A stretch of 64,000 nucleotides of DNA from a virus (IMGVR_UViG_3300027782_000044:52501-116500), one strand, 5' to 3'. Shown: positions 37,817-47,697, numbered from the stretch's first letter. Notes: generated by a model from the sequence alone, not told the origin. Numbers and translations: made by a program.

Positions 37817-38815
37817 TTAGCCCCAGATGGCCGCTGAGCACTTAGTACACATATTGGAGTATGAATCCTCTATCATGTCCGCTCTATCTTTGCTAAACCA
37901 TATATCCTTAATTGTAGAATTATTAGAATTTCCGTAGACTGTTTTAAAGTCAAAATCAGCACAACATATAAATAGGTCTCCATTTGGGTTAATATGCACC
38001 CACTCATTAGTTCTGCTTCTTACACCTAATCCGCCATTGCATCCAATTACTTTTTTGCCTTCTCCCGCCAAATATTTATTAATGGCTGAAGTCTGATCAA
38101 TTATTCCTGAGTCTGCAAGATGCCCAGCCCTATCGTATAGATGGTAAGCTGGGAAAACTTGGATTGAAGGGAATATAGACTTTAGCAGATCAACCTCCTG
38201 AGCTAAATCTCCACCTTCTACATCTAAGTTTAAATTTGGAGCTCCAGGAAGGATGTCTAACCATCCACCATTTTCAACTAACGAGTTATTGTTTAAGCCA
38301 TTGACCATCAAATAGAATCTATTGTCTAATACTAATTCTTTTAATTCTTCTGCTGCATACAAAACGTTTTCTACCATTTTGTCAAACATTTTTTCATTTA
38401 AATTAACATACTTAGACCATCTGGTTTTATCTCCAGATGGTATATTTAGAAGCATTCCACCAACTACATCAATATTATTTTTAATAATATCAGTTTTTTT
38501 CTTTGTTAATGGAGTACCATTGGTAAGTATGTTTATAGTAAAATTATATTTTCTGTACAAATCAAACATTTCTTCAAAGTTTTTATATAATAAAACTTCA
38601 TTATAATTAGCGGTATATATATTTTTTAGATTGGGATCTACAAAATCTCCTTTGCCATTATGAAGTTGAGAGAGTATATTTTCTAACTCCCCCAACTCCA
38701 TATCTCTAATAGCAGATTTTGGATTTCCTTCATAAGAAACTGGGCAAAACCAGCAACCAGCATTGCATAGACCATTTACATCTATCTGTACTGCACTGAT
38801 TTTGTATTGTGACAA
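37817..38815 (-). CDS. Radical SAM protein with SPASM/twitch-like C-terminus
   Basis: CNAGCWFC, TNGT and C..INPNGDLFICC.D..YGN..IKDIW..CTKC. Confidence 0.9.
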   Translation of the reverse strand: MSQYKISAVQIDVNGLCNAGCWFCPVSYEGNPKSAIRDMELGELENILSQLHNGKGDFVDPNLKNIYTANYNEVLLYKNFEEMFDLYRKYNFTINILTNGTPLTKKKTDIIKNNIDVVGGMLLNIPSGDKTRWSKYVNLNEKMFDKMVENVLYAAEELKELVLDNRFYLMVNGLNNNSLVENGGWLDILPGAPNLNLDVEGGDLAQEVDLLKSIFPSIQVFPAYHLYDRAGHLADSGIIDQTSAINKYLAGEGKKVIGCNGGLGVRSRTNEWVHINPNGDLFICCADFDFKTVYGNSNNSTIKDIWFSKDRADMIEDSYSNMCTKCSAAIWG

Positions 38816-38816
38816 C

Positions 38817-39287
38817 TTAGTCTTTTAGTGACTTCCATGGGTTAGGAGGAAGCTTTAAGCTTGACTCCAAGAACCAGTTCCACTCTTGATGAGATGAAAG
38901 TCTTTCAGACAAATATGATGATAGACCGTACTCATTATTTTCATTGGCAACAGAGATAAGGTTCTTTATCTCCTCGATCATCTTTTTATTAATTGGAACT
39001 AGGTGAATTGCCATTTCAACTCCACAATATGTGTCTGGCTTAACATTGCCTAAAGTTTGGTTTGCTGCATATTCTTCTAGGGTATACGGCGCCTCTCCGC
39101 CTAATCGGCGAAGCCATGTTGAGGTATTGTGTACGCCCTCTTCAGAGTCTAGATAGATATCTTCATAAACAATGCGTGATTGACGCATCAAGACAGATTC
39201 TGTATTCCAGAAAAAGCCTCTTACTAAATTTGTGTATACCACAGAGTTAGCTTGAAATGTTTTTAATAGATTAATTAAATTTTCCAT
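38817..39287 (-). CDS. Dps/ferritin-like protein (divergent)
   Basis: Dps helix pattern: FFWN, YEDIY, LRRLGGEAP, ERLSSHQEWNWFL. Confidence 0.75.
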   Translation of the reverse strand: MENLINLLKTFQANSVVYTNLVRGFFWNTESVLMRQSRIVYEDIYLDSEEGVHNTSTWLRRLGGEAPYTLEEYAANQTLGNVKPDTYCGVEMAIHLVPINKKMIEEIKNLISVANENNEYGLSSYLSERLSSHQEWNWFLESSLKLPPNPWKSLKD

Positions 39288-39434
39288 TTTATTCCTTTGC
39301 CCTTTACCTTTTATAAATTTTATTATAACAGGTCTTACATACTTGAATCATTTTGGTTTCTGTAGAAGTTATATATTTTGCTTCTTCAAAACAATCTTTA
39401 ATTTCACACTTATCTAAATCGGTCATTAATTTAA

Positions 39435-39650
39435 TTACTTACCTTTAATCTTTTCCCAAATTTTTTCATGAAGATAATAGAATGACATTTCTACGAGCAA
39501 GTATGATATAGCTCCAATTCCAATATATTCCCATTCAGCTTCTCCTGTAAGAAGTTTAGTTACAATATAAAGTAACCCTCCTACAAAAAATACATGCACA
39601 AATGGCCATGTAATTGATTTGTATAGGCTTTTCTTATTAGGATCTATCAC
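39435..39650 (-). CDS. DUF2061-like membrane protein
   Basis: KSLYKSITW...YYLHEKIW. Confidence 0.75.
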   Translation of the reverse strand: MIDPNKKSLYKSITWPFVHVFFVGGLLYIVTKLLTGEAEWEYIGIGAISYLLVEMSFYYLHEKIWEKIKGK

Positions 39651-39889
39651 TTTATTGACTTGCTCTTAGTAACGCCAGTCTTCTTGGCTGGTGCCTTCTT
39701 GGCTGGTGCCTTCTTGGCTGGTGCCTTCTTGGCTGGTGCCTTCTTGGCTGGTGCCTTCTTGGCTGGTGCCTTCTTGGCTGGTGCCTTAATTGATGCTAAA
39801 ATCGCATCCGTAATAACTTTTTCAAACATAGCTTCTTTTGGTGTTACACGAAGCCAACCCATAATCTTCATTTTTAATTTAATTAACAT
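39647..39889 (-). CDS. Histone H1-like protein with (APAKK)7 tail
   Basis: Seven APAKK repeats. Confidence 0.7.
   Translation of the reverse strand: MLIKLKMKIMGWLRVTPKEAMFEKVITDAILASIKAPAKKAPAKKAPAKKAPAKKAPAKKAPAKKAPAKKTGVTKSKSIK
39681..39785. repeat. Perfect 15-bp tandem repeat x7
   Basis: TTCTTGGCTGGTGCC x7. Confidence 0.95.
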
Positions 39890-40052
39890 GATTCCTCTTT
39901 TTCTTTTAATTTTCTAAGTACTAAACTTAAAACCTCTCTTGGTCTCCAGTCTGGTGGTATCTCTAAACTTTCTAATTCTTTAATTAGATCTTCTAGAACT
40001 TTTTTTTGAATCACATGAAAGTGATCCCATTCATTATCTAATTGTACCATTA

Positions 40053-40682
40053 TTAAAGATCATCCGCAATAGGATTATTCTTATTAGCATTTACAAGGAA
40101 TCCAGCTCTTGGACCAGTTGCCCAAACACGATGTGTTGTTTTTTTAGGGAAAAACAATAAGTCTCCTTTTTTTAATTCATAAATTTTTGTAGAATTCTCT
40201 CCTTTTATTTCCCAAAAGGAAGTTCCTATTGATTGTAAATAGCAGGCTGGCCAGGGATCACTATGCTCGTTTACAGTTTTTTCTCCTAATGAAACCTTTA
40301 TTCCTTCTGTATGCCACAAAGCTTTACAGTTACAGACTCTATCATCCCATTCTCTGTAATATTTACAGTTTGAAAATTCATCATTAAAACCTGATTCGTT
40401 GTTTATCTTAACTAAAAAATCTTTTATTTCTACAAAGTGTTCCCAGACTAATCCAGTTTGAGGAGCAAGCCACAGCGGCCTCTGAGCTAACACGTTACCC
40501 AATGTATCTACACCAGCATCTGGGTCCCTACTTTTTGCTTGAAGGTCAGCATTGTTTATCTTTGTTTGATTATAAATAAAATCTAAAACATTTTGCCAAG
40601 TAAATGTTGTTTTAAAATAATCTTTAACTAAAACAGCTTCGTCTTTTTTGGCTGCTTCTTTAAATTCTGAAAGTAGATTCAT
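40053..40682 (-). CDS. Cupin/JmjC-like oxygenase
   Basis: HSD...Q..G...W...LKKGDLLFFPKKTTHRV. Confidence 0.75.
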   Translation of the reverse strand: MNLLSEFKEAAKKDEAVLVKDYFKTTFTWQNVLDFIYNQTKINNADLQAKSRDPDAGVDTLGNVLAQRPLWLAPQTGLVWEHFVEIKDFLVKINNESGFNDEFSNCKYYREWDDRVCNCKALWHTEGIKVSLGEKTVNEHSDPWPACYLQSIGTSFWEIKGENSTKIYELKKGDLLFFPKKTTHRVWATGPRAGFLVNANKNNPIADDL

Positions 40683-40695
40683 AGCGTTTACCCTA

Positions 40696-40727
40696 TTTAA
40701 GGGCAGTGGTTTCCCACTGCCCTTAAA
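40696..40727 (-). terminator. Intrinsic terminator
   Basis: TTTAAGGGCAGTGG-TTTC-CCACTGCCCTTAAA. Confidence 0.8.
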
Positions 40728-40730
40728 AGA

Positions 40731-41924
40731 TTACTTAATTAGGGTTACCTTAGCTTTTGGGTTTTTTGCATTCCACTTTTTAGCGAGTGCATTGAAAGAG
40801 GCTTTGATTGCCTTAAGTGCTGCTGCATTATCTGCTGTTAGCTTAGCAATGGCTGCATCCTTAGCAAGGATAGAGGCATCTGAAGCAGTCTTAGCATCGG
40901 CAAGAGCCTTAGCTGAAGCAGCCTTCTCCGCTGTAATAGCAGCATCTGAAGCAGTTTTAGCATCGGCAAGAGCCTTAGCTGAAGCAGCCTTCTCCGCTGC
41001 AATAGCAGCATCTGAAGCAGTCTTAGCAGCAACAGCATCTGAAGCAGCCTTTACGACTGCAGCATCTGAAACTGCTTTAGCAGCAAGCGCTGCATCTGTT
41101 GCTGACTTAGCAGCAGCAAGTTCTGACACTAGATCACGAACTGCAATTTCTGCAAATGGCGCAAGCGCACGAGCAGGAAGACCGACTACGTCTACTGATG
41201 TTGCATCAGATGATGTAGTAGGTGAGAATGTAATTAGTGATCGTGTTCCAGTTGCTGGAAGTGTTGCAGTAAACTTTGCAACTCCAAAGTCTGAAAGTGT
41301 CGCTCCAGTTGTAACTGTTGAGGTATCAACTGTTGCTGTTGAAGCAAAGATTGTTGCAGTAATTGACTTACCAGATACTTTGTTTCCGAATGTATCTGTT
41401 GCGGTTACTGAGATATCTTGCTTTGTACCAGCAGCGCCTGTAGCAGGAGCAGATACTGTAAGAGTATTAATCTTGCCAGCAGTTCCTTGTACATAATATG
41501 TAAGCTGTGTTCCACCATTAGTGATTACAACTGTACCAATTGCTGTTGTCTTTGTATAGACATAAAATGTTGCTGTTGTTCCTGTACCAGTTGCAACTGT
41601 CAAAGATGATGATCCTGACGCTGCGCCTACTGGAGCAGCTGTTGTATGTAGTGCTGAAAGAATTGTTGCATTTGTTGCTGATACTGAAACGCTTGTTCCA
41701 ACATCAACTGTTGCAATAAACTTTAGTGCATCTGCAGCATCAACTGTGTTGTCTGCAGGTACTGGCAATGAAGCTGGTGTAGCAATTGCAGATGCTGTAG
41801 TATTTGCTACAGTATCTAGTGATACAGCGACTGTCATTACAGCAGCACTTGCAGGTGTTGCTACCATTGTGCCCAAAGTCATGGCTGCAACCATGGCTAG
41901 TGCGATTTTCTTAAATGAGTTCAT
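40731..41924 (-). CDS. Secreted Ala/Thr-rich surface protein (Ig-like region plus coiled-coil tail)
   Basis: Signal peptide ending ASA; beta-rich middle; duplicated AEKAASAKALADAKTASD; strong RBS. Confidence 0.75.
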   Translation of the reverse strand: MNSFKKIALAMVAAMTLGTMVATPASAAVMTVAVSLDTVANTTASAIATPASLPVPADNTVDAADALKFIATVDVGTSVSVSATNATILSALHTTAAPVGAASGSSSLTVATGTGTTATFYVYTKTTAIGTVVITNGGTQLTYYVQGTAGKINTLTVSAPATGAAGTKQDISVTATDTFGNKVSGKSITATIFASTATVDTSTVTTGATLSDFGVAKFTATLPATGTRSLITFSPTTSSDATSVDVVGLPARALAPFAEIAVRDLVSELAAAKSATDAALAAKAVSDAAVVKAASDAVAAKTASDAAIAAEKAASAKALADAKTASDAAITAEKAASAKALADAKTASDASILAKDAAIAKLTADNAAALKAIKASFNALAKKWNAKNPKAKVTLIK

Positions 41925-41972
41925 TTAATTTATTCTCCTTATTTCCTCTGTATTCTTTGCGAATACAGAATT

Positions 41973-42167
41973 TTAGTGTAGTGCATTTATTTTTACATGG
42001 AATGAACATGGGTCTCCACCCTCATTCCATTCTTGTTCTTCTTCATCTGTTAAAGGTGGCCCATCATGTGTATCGCAAAATACATCAGATATCCAGCCTC
42101 TGTCGTAACCACTTTTGAGCCATATCTCAAACTCTAAATGATCTGAATCTATATTCTCTAGATCCAT
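41973..42167 (-). CDS. Small conserved protein
   Basis: GWISDVFCDTHDG..EGGDPC. Confidence 0.65.
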   Translation of the reverse strand: MDLENIDSDHLEFEIWLKSGYDRGWISDVFCDTHDGPPLTDEEEQEWNEGGDPCSFHVKINALH

Positions 42168-42460
42168 TCTGAAAGCTCTTCTAGCATAATATGCTTAGGT
42201 TTTGCACCAGTAATAGTTTTTACTGGCTTCCCCGACTTAAATAGTACCATATAAGGGATAGAAGTTACAGAGTATTCTGCTGATTTTATAGGATTCTCAT
42301 CAACATTTAACTTACCGACCCATAATCCACGTTCTGCAGATATCTCGTCTAGTATTGGAGATACTTGCTTGCATGGTCCGCACCATGGAGCCCAAAAGTC
42401 GACAAGAACTATATTATGAGAATCTAGAACCCTATCGAAGCTTTCATCTGTAACTATCAA
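42158..42460 (-). CDS. trxA: Thioredoxin
   Basis: DFWAPWCGPCK and SIP motifs. Confidence 0.95.
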   Translation of the reverse strand: MIVTDESFDRVLDSHNIVLVDFWAPWCGPCKQVSPILDEISAERGLWVGKLNVDENPIKSAEYSVTSIPYMVLFKSGKPVKTITGAKPKHIMLEELSEWI

Positions 42461-42461
42461 C

Positions 42462-42671
42462 TTACTCTCCTTTTAATTCATCCGCTGCTTTATTAAACTT
42501 ATCCATAAATTTTTGGATTACCCAAATTGCGGTTTCTCCTGCGTTAACAGACATTGCCCTAGAGGCCTCTTCTGTTCTGTCTTCAACTGCAAGGGCGTTG
42601 TACCATTTCTGGTACAACTCCTCACCAATCTCTTTGATTATTTCTTCAAGTACTGTTAGCTTTTTATCCAT
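42462..42671 (-). CDS. Hypothetical protein
   Basis: Coupled ORF. Confidence 0.6.
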   Translation of the reverse strand: MDKKLTVLEEIIKEIGEELYQKWYNALAVEDRTEEASRAMSVNAGETAIWVIQKFMDKFNKAADELKGE

Positions 42672-43644
42672 TGATTACTTTACTCAACTTAAATAGATAA
42701 ACGTTTTGCCCATAAGAATTGTCTACTGGATCAGACGCCGACTTCATTAATGAAATTATCTGTGTTGATGTCAATGTGGGCCTTGATGCTTTTATGGAGA
42801 CATACTTTGCAGCGATTACTTGAACAGAAACAGATGTTCCATAAGAATATCCGCTGACATTTCCAGGATAAATTGTTGGCTGTTGTACCTCACCCCATAG
42901 ATCTACAAGATTTGCATCGTAGTTGCTGACTAAAGAAACTTGAGGCTTATCTAAATTTAGAGTTTCGACTCCACCAACTGCAATTGATTGGCTAATACAG
43001 GCTGGCCATTCAATCTTGCCATTCATTTTTGGGTTTCCAGCGCTATTTCCAGAAGGGAAAAATACTGGTACCCCAGAATTATTTAAATTAGAAACTACTG
43101 TGTCAACTGCTGTTGGTAAGCAATATGCAGATGATGCGCTTCGATTAATAACTGGAGCATTTGTAGCATGAGATGAAGCAACTGCAACAATGTTATACTT
43201 TAACTTATTATTATTTACCCATGTTAAAGCATTTACAAGGGTGTTGAGTCCATAAGTCTGGACATCGCCCTTTGAGGTGTTGCCAACAATTCTAATAAAT
43301 ATAATATTTACATTTGGATTAGCTGCTATGGCTGCTGAAACCATTTGAGTTCCGTGATTAAAGTTGTTTGTTGCTAGAAACTTCATTGGTAAAACTGCTG
43401 ATCCTGGGCCTTCCATAAAGTTTTTTCCATTTGGACAAGATGACCAGTCGAGAATACAAACTTCAGCAACAATACGTGGCTTAATAGACTCAATTGATGT
43501 ATCTAGAGCCGTATCAAGAATAGCTAGTGTTGGTACTGATGTAGTTGACTTTAATGTATTTGTTTTTAAGGCTGCCTGTGCAGGCATTGAGGTGATTGCG
43601 ATTGTTGTGGCAATTAATGCCATAGTAGTTATTAGTTTTTTCAT
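42664..43644 (-). CDS. Secreted subtilisin-like (S8) serine protease
   Basis: Signal peptide; catalytic triad ILDT / HGTQM / GTSVS; oxyanion SGN. Confidence 0.85.
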   Translation of the reverse strand: MKKLITTMALIATTIAITSMPAQAALKTNTLKSTTSVPTLAILDTALDTSIESIKPRIVAEVCILDWSSCPNGKNFMEGPGSAVLPMKFLATNNFNHGTQMVSAAIAANPNVNIIFIRIVGNTSKGDVQTYGLNTLVNALTWVNNNKLKYNIVAVASSHATNAPVINRSASSAYCLPTAVDTVVSNLNNSGVPVFFPSGNSAGNPKMNGKIEWPACISQSIAVGGVETLNLDKPQVSLVSNYDANLVDLWGEVQQPTIYPGNVSGYSYGTSVSVQVIAAKYVSIKASRPTLTSTQIISLMKSASDPVDNSYGQNVYLFKLSKVING

Positions 43645-43860
43645 AAAGCTAATCTTACTAAATAGTGCAGTGTTTGTCAACAGATTAAGAGTTCTGATTT
43701 GGGTTCTTGCGTGGATACCACTTACCAGAATCCATATTTCTTGCTTCTGCCGCTTGGGTCTGTACGTTTATAATGTTGCTCATTATTTCGTGCATTATAT
43801 CTAATTCAATTCTAATTTTGTACAGTTCAAGTTCTAGCATGTCAATTCTTCTTTGCGATC

Positions 43861-44073
43861 TCATTCTTCTTCTTCTCTATCCAGTGGCGTTGGTGCTGTT
43901 GCCAGTGTGCCACAATTAGCACACTCCATATCTAAAAAATAAGTTGCAATTTCACAACTATCAAAAATAACTTTAAGGTTCCATATTTCACAACCGCATG
44001 GACATACATGTGTTGGTACACCTCTTATGTCCATTGATTTTGAATAGTCTGGTCTTAAGTCGTTTATATCCAT
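43861..44073 (-). CDS. Small zinc-ribbon protein
   Basis: THVCPCGC...CANCG..TAPTPLD. Confidence 0.7.
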   Translation of the reverse strand: MDINDLRPDYSKSMDIRGVPTHVCPCGCEIWNLKVIFDSCEIATYFLDMECANCGTLATAPTPLDREEEE

Positions 44074-44087
44074 TAACTAATTATACA

Positions 44088-44645
44088 CTAAACTTGAATG
44101 TATGTATAGGGGGCAGCTACGCTCATATTAAACTCAGTTGCTGCTTCTAATGCTGCCTTAAGCCTCAGTCTTGGGTTCTTTTGATTCTTTGTAGCATGAA
44201 GTGCACCTAATGCTATCTGTCCGCCGCTTCCTTCTGCCATATAGTTTACTATGTTTTCTCCAACATGGAAGTCTTCATCTATAGTAAAGATTCTGCCTTC
44301 AAGACCTACTATAAAAATTCCACCAGTATCTTCCTCAGATGATGATCCAATGCTTCCGTATCCATGCTCTTTAAATGCAGCCTTAACAGAATCAACAAAC
44401 TTAGTTCTCATAAACTTATCTAATCCAGAATTAGTTTTTGTTGGTGTGTATTTTGGTGGAGTCCACATATACTGAAGAATTTGCCCCATGCGAAATGAAT
44501 CTGTAAATGCAATAGCATACTGACCAACTTTAAAACACTTTGGCTCTTTACGAGATAGGATCCATCCGCTCTTATCATCTGAGGCGGCATGATCTGAGCC
44601 CATATACACAACACCATTTTGGGCAATAGCAACAATACAAGTCAT
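44088..44645 (-). CDS. HslV/proteasome-beta-like Ntn hydrolase
   Basis: M-T-C start (N-terminal Thr), GSD, K, and GSGGQIALGALHA. Confidence 0.85.
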   Translation of the reverse strand: MTCIVAIAQNGVVYMGSDHAASDDKSGWILSRKEPKCFKVGQYAIAFTDSFRMGQILQYMWTPPKYTPTKTNSGLDKFMRTKFVDSVKAAFKEHGYGSIGSSSEEDTGGIFIVGLEGRIFTIDEDFHVGENIVNYMAEGSGGQIALGALHATKNQKNPRLRLKAALEAATEFNMSVAAPYTYIQV

Positions 44646-44666
44646 ACCCTTATTGTACTATTTTAA

Positions 44667-44981
44667 TTATTCTGTGTCCAGCATCTCATGATATTCTAAA
44701 TGATTTAATTGATTCATTACACTATCTAATTCAGATCTCATTTCAATTAAGTCCTGTATGGCTTTATAATACTTATCTTTCCAATCAGTTAATTCTTTTT
44801 CCAACTGATATAACTCTATTTTAAGGTCTTTTATATCTAATCTAAGCTGGTCTTTTTCTTTTTCTTCCCGCCTAATTCTTTCCTTTTTGGCGTCCCTAAT
44901 TCCAGCAACAATAGCAGTTCCAAAACCACTTAGGCTTGCCGCTAATATTGATACTAATATGGTTATGTATGATATCTGCAT
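44667..44981 (-). CDS. Membrane-anchored coiled-coil protein
   Basis: N-terminal TM segment followed by heptad repeats. Confidence 0.6.
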   Translation of the reverse strand: MQISYITILVSILAASLSGFGTAIVAGIRDAKKERIRREEKEKDQLRLDIKDLKIELYQLEKELTDWKDKYYKAIQDLIEMRSELDSVMNQLNHLEYHEMLDTE

Positions 44982-45010
44982 TATATATCATATTATACCT
45001 TATACTCAGT

Positions 45011-45250
45011 CTAAATTAATAACTCTGAAGCTGTTATTTCAGCGCCAATGTATTTTCTTTTTTGTATAAAATCTTTAACTAATTCATGTCCAAATTGCCT
45101 TCCAGCAATTAAAACTACCCACCTTGGTTCAAGTTTATCATCTATGCATGTCTGACATAAAAATAAATTAATTGGCAAAAGAGATGACTTCTTTAAGTTT
45201 AATTTATTTTTTGTTTTGTTGCATGAATAACATAATATTTTTTCGCTCAA
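45011..45250 (-). CDS. Zinc-finger hypothetical protein
   Basis: CYSC..CQTC..EPRW. Confidence 0.65.
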   Translation of the reverse strand: MSEKILCYSCNKTKNKLNLKKSSLLPINLFLCQTCIDDKLEPRWVVLIAGRQFGHELVKDFIQKRKYIGAEITASELLI

Positions 45251-45555
45251 TTTGTTGGTTTCCCTTCAAGTTCTACTCGAACACCATAAGACTCAAGTAG
45301 TTTTTTAACCTTTGTAACATAATCAATAACTTTTTCTTTTTCTACCCCGTCAAACTGAATGAAGTTATCCTCATACAATCTTAATGCCAGAAAGTCTGGA
45401 TACTTTACTATATCCATTAAAAGAAACATGGGCTTCTTTAGTTCCCATACCCTTTTTTTCATTTCTTCTGTGTAGAACACTGGCTTATTTGGTTCACCAG
45501 TCCACTGGTTCATTCCATATTTAAAGTGTTTGTTGTCATATACATTAGATACCAT
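45247..45555 (-). CDS. Hypothetical protein
   Basis: Coupled ORF. Confidence 0.6.
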   Translation of the reverse strand: MVSNVYDNKHFKYGMNQWTGEPNKPVFYTEEMKKRVWELKKPMFLLMDIVKYPDFLALRLYEDNFIQFDGVEKEKVIDYVTKVKKLLESYGVRVELEGKPTN

Positions 45556-45856
45556 GCTTCACCTTTAGTTGCTTCCATACTTCTTTAGTTTTGTGCACAT
45601 TCTTTATCTTATCAACAAGCCCAGAAGAAAGAAATACCCCGCCCCAAACTCCGTATTCATCTTGCTCTACTCCAGATTTGTAGCACATGCTGATAACTGG
45701 GCATGACAAGCAACATTGATCAATTGCATTAGCCATTTGAACATCTGACTCATACTTATCAAAGAATAAATTTGTGTCCATGCCATTGCATGCTGCTAAA
45801 TCCCACCATCTTATAGAATCTTGGTCTGAATTTAATTTATTTAAAATGTCTGACAT
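45545..45856 (-). CDS. whiB: WhiB-family Fe-S transcription factor
   Basis: WWDLAACNGMDTNLFF...CLSCPVISMC...YGVWGG. Confidence 0.9.
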   Translation of the reverse strand: MSDILNKLNSDQDSIRWWDLAACNGMDTNLFFDKYESDVQMANAIDQCCLSCPVISMCYKSGVEQDEYGVWGGVFLSSGLVDKIKNVHKTKEVWKQLKVKHGI

Positions 45857-46058
45857 GTTTTAGCGGAATTGACCATATACCTTTGGAATTAACTGGAAAC
45901 TCATTTGCGATTCCCCAGGAATTATTTCTATAAATACCCTTGAGATTAAAATACCCGCTACTATTTTTTTCCCACGCTATTAAATTATAGTTGTTCCAGT
46001 AAAAATTATCTGATCTTTTAATCAGAATTTCTACGCCTCGCTCTGTTAAGTTTAGCAT
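45837..46058 (-). CDS. Hypothetical protein
   Basis: Trp-rich ORF with a promoter upstream. Confidence 0.6.
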   Translation of the reverse strand: MLNLTERGVEILIKRSDNFYWNNYNLIAWEKNSSGYFNLKGIYRNNSWGIANEFPVNSKGIWSIPLKHVRHFK

Positions 46059-46258
46059 ATTTAAATTGCCTTATCTATACAATTATACATTACGACAGCA
46101 AGAGAAGTCAAGCTATTTTTTCTCTTTTATACTCGCAATTTTTACTGATTGAACCTCTTCATCAGTACCAAATATTTCATTAACATAGTCTCTGGCATCA
46201 TCTTCATTAAAAGCTTCAATGACTGCTGTTATCTCTATCTTAATAGAATATTTATTCA

Positions 46259-46828
46259 TTACTTCCCGCAGGTAGGACAAACTTTTGTCTTAGGCTTAGT
46301 AGCCTTTTTTTCTTCTGGCTTTGCTGCTGCCCCAAACTTTGGACGACCAAATCCTACTATAGAAATCATTACTCCAGCTTTATTTTTCTTGTATGCACGA
46401 AGCTGTTTGCAAACTTCTCCGCCATTTCTTTGGCTTCCAGACTTCTTTGAGGATGTGTTTCCTTCTATACACCAAACAGTTCCATCTTCATTATCTTTAA
46501 CAACAATTCCTACGTGAGATACTCTATCAACACCATCTGATGGAAAATCAAAGTAGGCGATATCGCCTGGCTCTGGATCTGCAATGTCTCCATCAATCCA
46601 CGAACCTGCTTTTTTAAATGCTGTTACTCCTGCTGGAGTGTAAACTGTATTAGGAATTTTTACGGACGCTTCGTTCCCGCACCAATTTACGAAACTTCCG
46701 CACCATGGTTGGAAGTTAGCTTTAGTGTAAGCACCGTACTTAGTTTCGTTATCCTTTGGACCTTCGATGGTCCCAATCTCTGCAGTAGCAACTTCAATTA
46801 AACGTGCTGCTGTACCTTGTTCTGCCAT
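46259..46828 (-). CDS. CHAP-domain endolysin
   Basis: PWCGSFVNW, PGDIAYF, HVGIV and IEGNT motifs. Confidence 0.9.
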   Translation of the reverse strand: MAEQGTAARLIEVATAEIGTIEGPKDNETKYGAYTKANFQPWCGSFVNWCGNEASVKIPNTVYTPAGVTAFKKAGSWIDGDIADPEPGDIAYFDFPSDGVDRVSHVGIVVKDNEDGTVWCIEGNTSSKKSGSQRNGGEVCKQLRAYKKNKAGVMISIVGFGRPKFGAAAKPEEKKATKPKTKVCPTCGK

Positions 46829-47238
46829 TAGTCTTTGTCCCAATCTGTGTCAACTGGCTGCTCTTCTGGCATTTGTCCATCTGGCTTAGCTGCCAAGCGA
46901 GCTGCAGTTGCATCAATTTCTGCTTCTAATTTTTTATCTGCCTGTGTATTTTTTGCATCTACTTCTTTATTTTGTATCTGTGCTGCCATAATATCTTTAG
47001 CGCCTGAGTTACCAATTAGAATTCCTGCAAGTGTTCCTGTAATAAATGTTGCAATGCTACCTAGAACATTGAAGAACATTTTGTCATTTTCTGACTGAGC
47101 TCCAATAGGTTGTGTTACAAACAACAGCCCATAGATAATTCCAAGAGCTGTCATAAAAAGAATACTTCCAAGAGTTATTCCTAGAATAAACTTTAATCGA
47201 GCATCTAAATCTGCGGGCGTTAGTTTTTGTTTAGCCAT
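46828..47238 (-). CDS. Two-TM membrane protein, holin candidate
   Basis: Two TM helices directly upstream of the endolysin. Confidence 0.6.
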   Translation of the reverse strand: MAKQKLTPADLDARLKFILGITLGSILFMTALGIIYGLLFVTQPIGAQSENDKMFFNVLGSIATFITGTLAGILIGNSGAKDIMAAQIQNKEVDAKNTQADKKLEAEIDATAARLAAKPDGQMPEEQPVDTDWDKD

Positions 47239-47452
47239 TTGTTATTTCCTGTTCTGGTGTGTTAGGTGTAATTTTTATTACATCTTCTGTGCAAGTCTGC
47301 GTAGCTTCGCATTCTGGAGGATTACATTCTGCAATTTCCCAATTTTTAGGATCTTGGCATGGATATCGGTATCTATTTAAAGAGTCTGGTGAACATGCAC
47401 TTAATGATATCATTAGTAAGCTTGCTAAAGCAATATAAAATATTTTCCTCAT
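47231..47452 (-). CDS. Small Cys-rich lipoprotein
   Basis: Lipobox LSAC; YRYPCQDP.NW...CNPPEC....C. Confidence 0.7.
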   Translation of the reverse strand: MRKIFYIALASLLMISLSACSPDSLNRYRYPCQDPKNWEIAECNPPECEATQTCTEDVIKITPNTPEQEITNG

Positions 47453-47466
47453 AGTACAATTATACA

Positions 47467-47697
47467 CTATTTATCGTCTTTTCTAAGTGGTATAGTTATT
47501 AGCCAAATTACAGTAGTTATTAATACTGCAATTCCAACAATATCTCTAGCTGAGCCCGTCAAAGTTAGCCATGCGATAAAGAAGCCTAGGAGGGTGAATG
47601 CCTGGGCAATTAGCTCCATTCCCGCGTCTTTAAACCATTTAGCCAAGCCCTTAATTGCCTTGCCTATAAGATTAAACATCTTTTTGATTATCTTCAT
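47467..47697 (-). CDS. Small membrane protein
   Basis: Two TM helices. Confidence 0.6.
   Translation of the reverse strand: MKIIKKMFNLIGKAIKGLAKWFKDAGMELIAQAFTLLGFFIAWLTLTGSARDIVGIAVLITTVIWLITIPLRKDDK

Noticed and set aside
40648-41496. 282-aa plus-strand ORF
   Set aside because: Antisense shadow of the Ala-rich surface protein; it also crosses a terminator.
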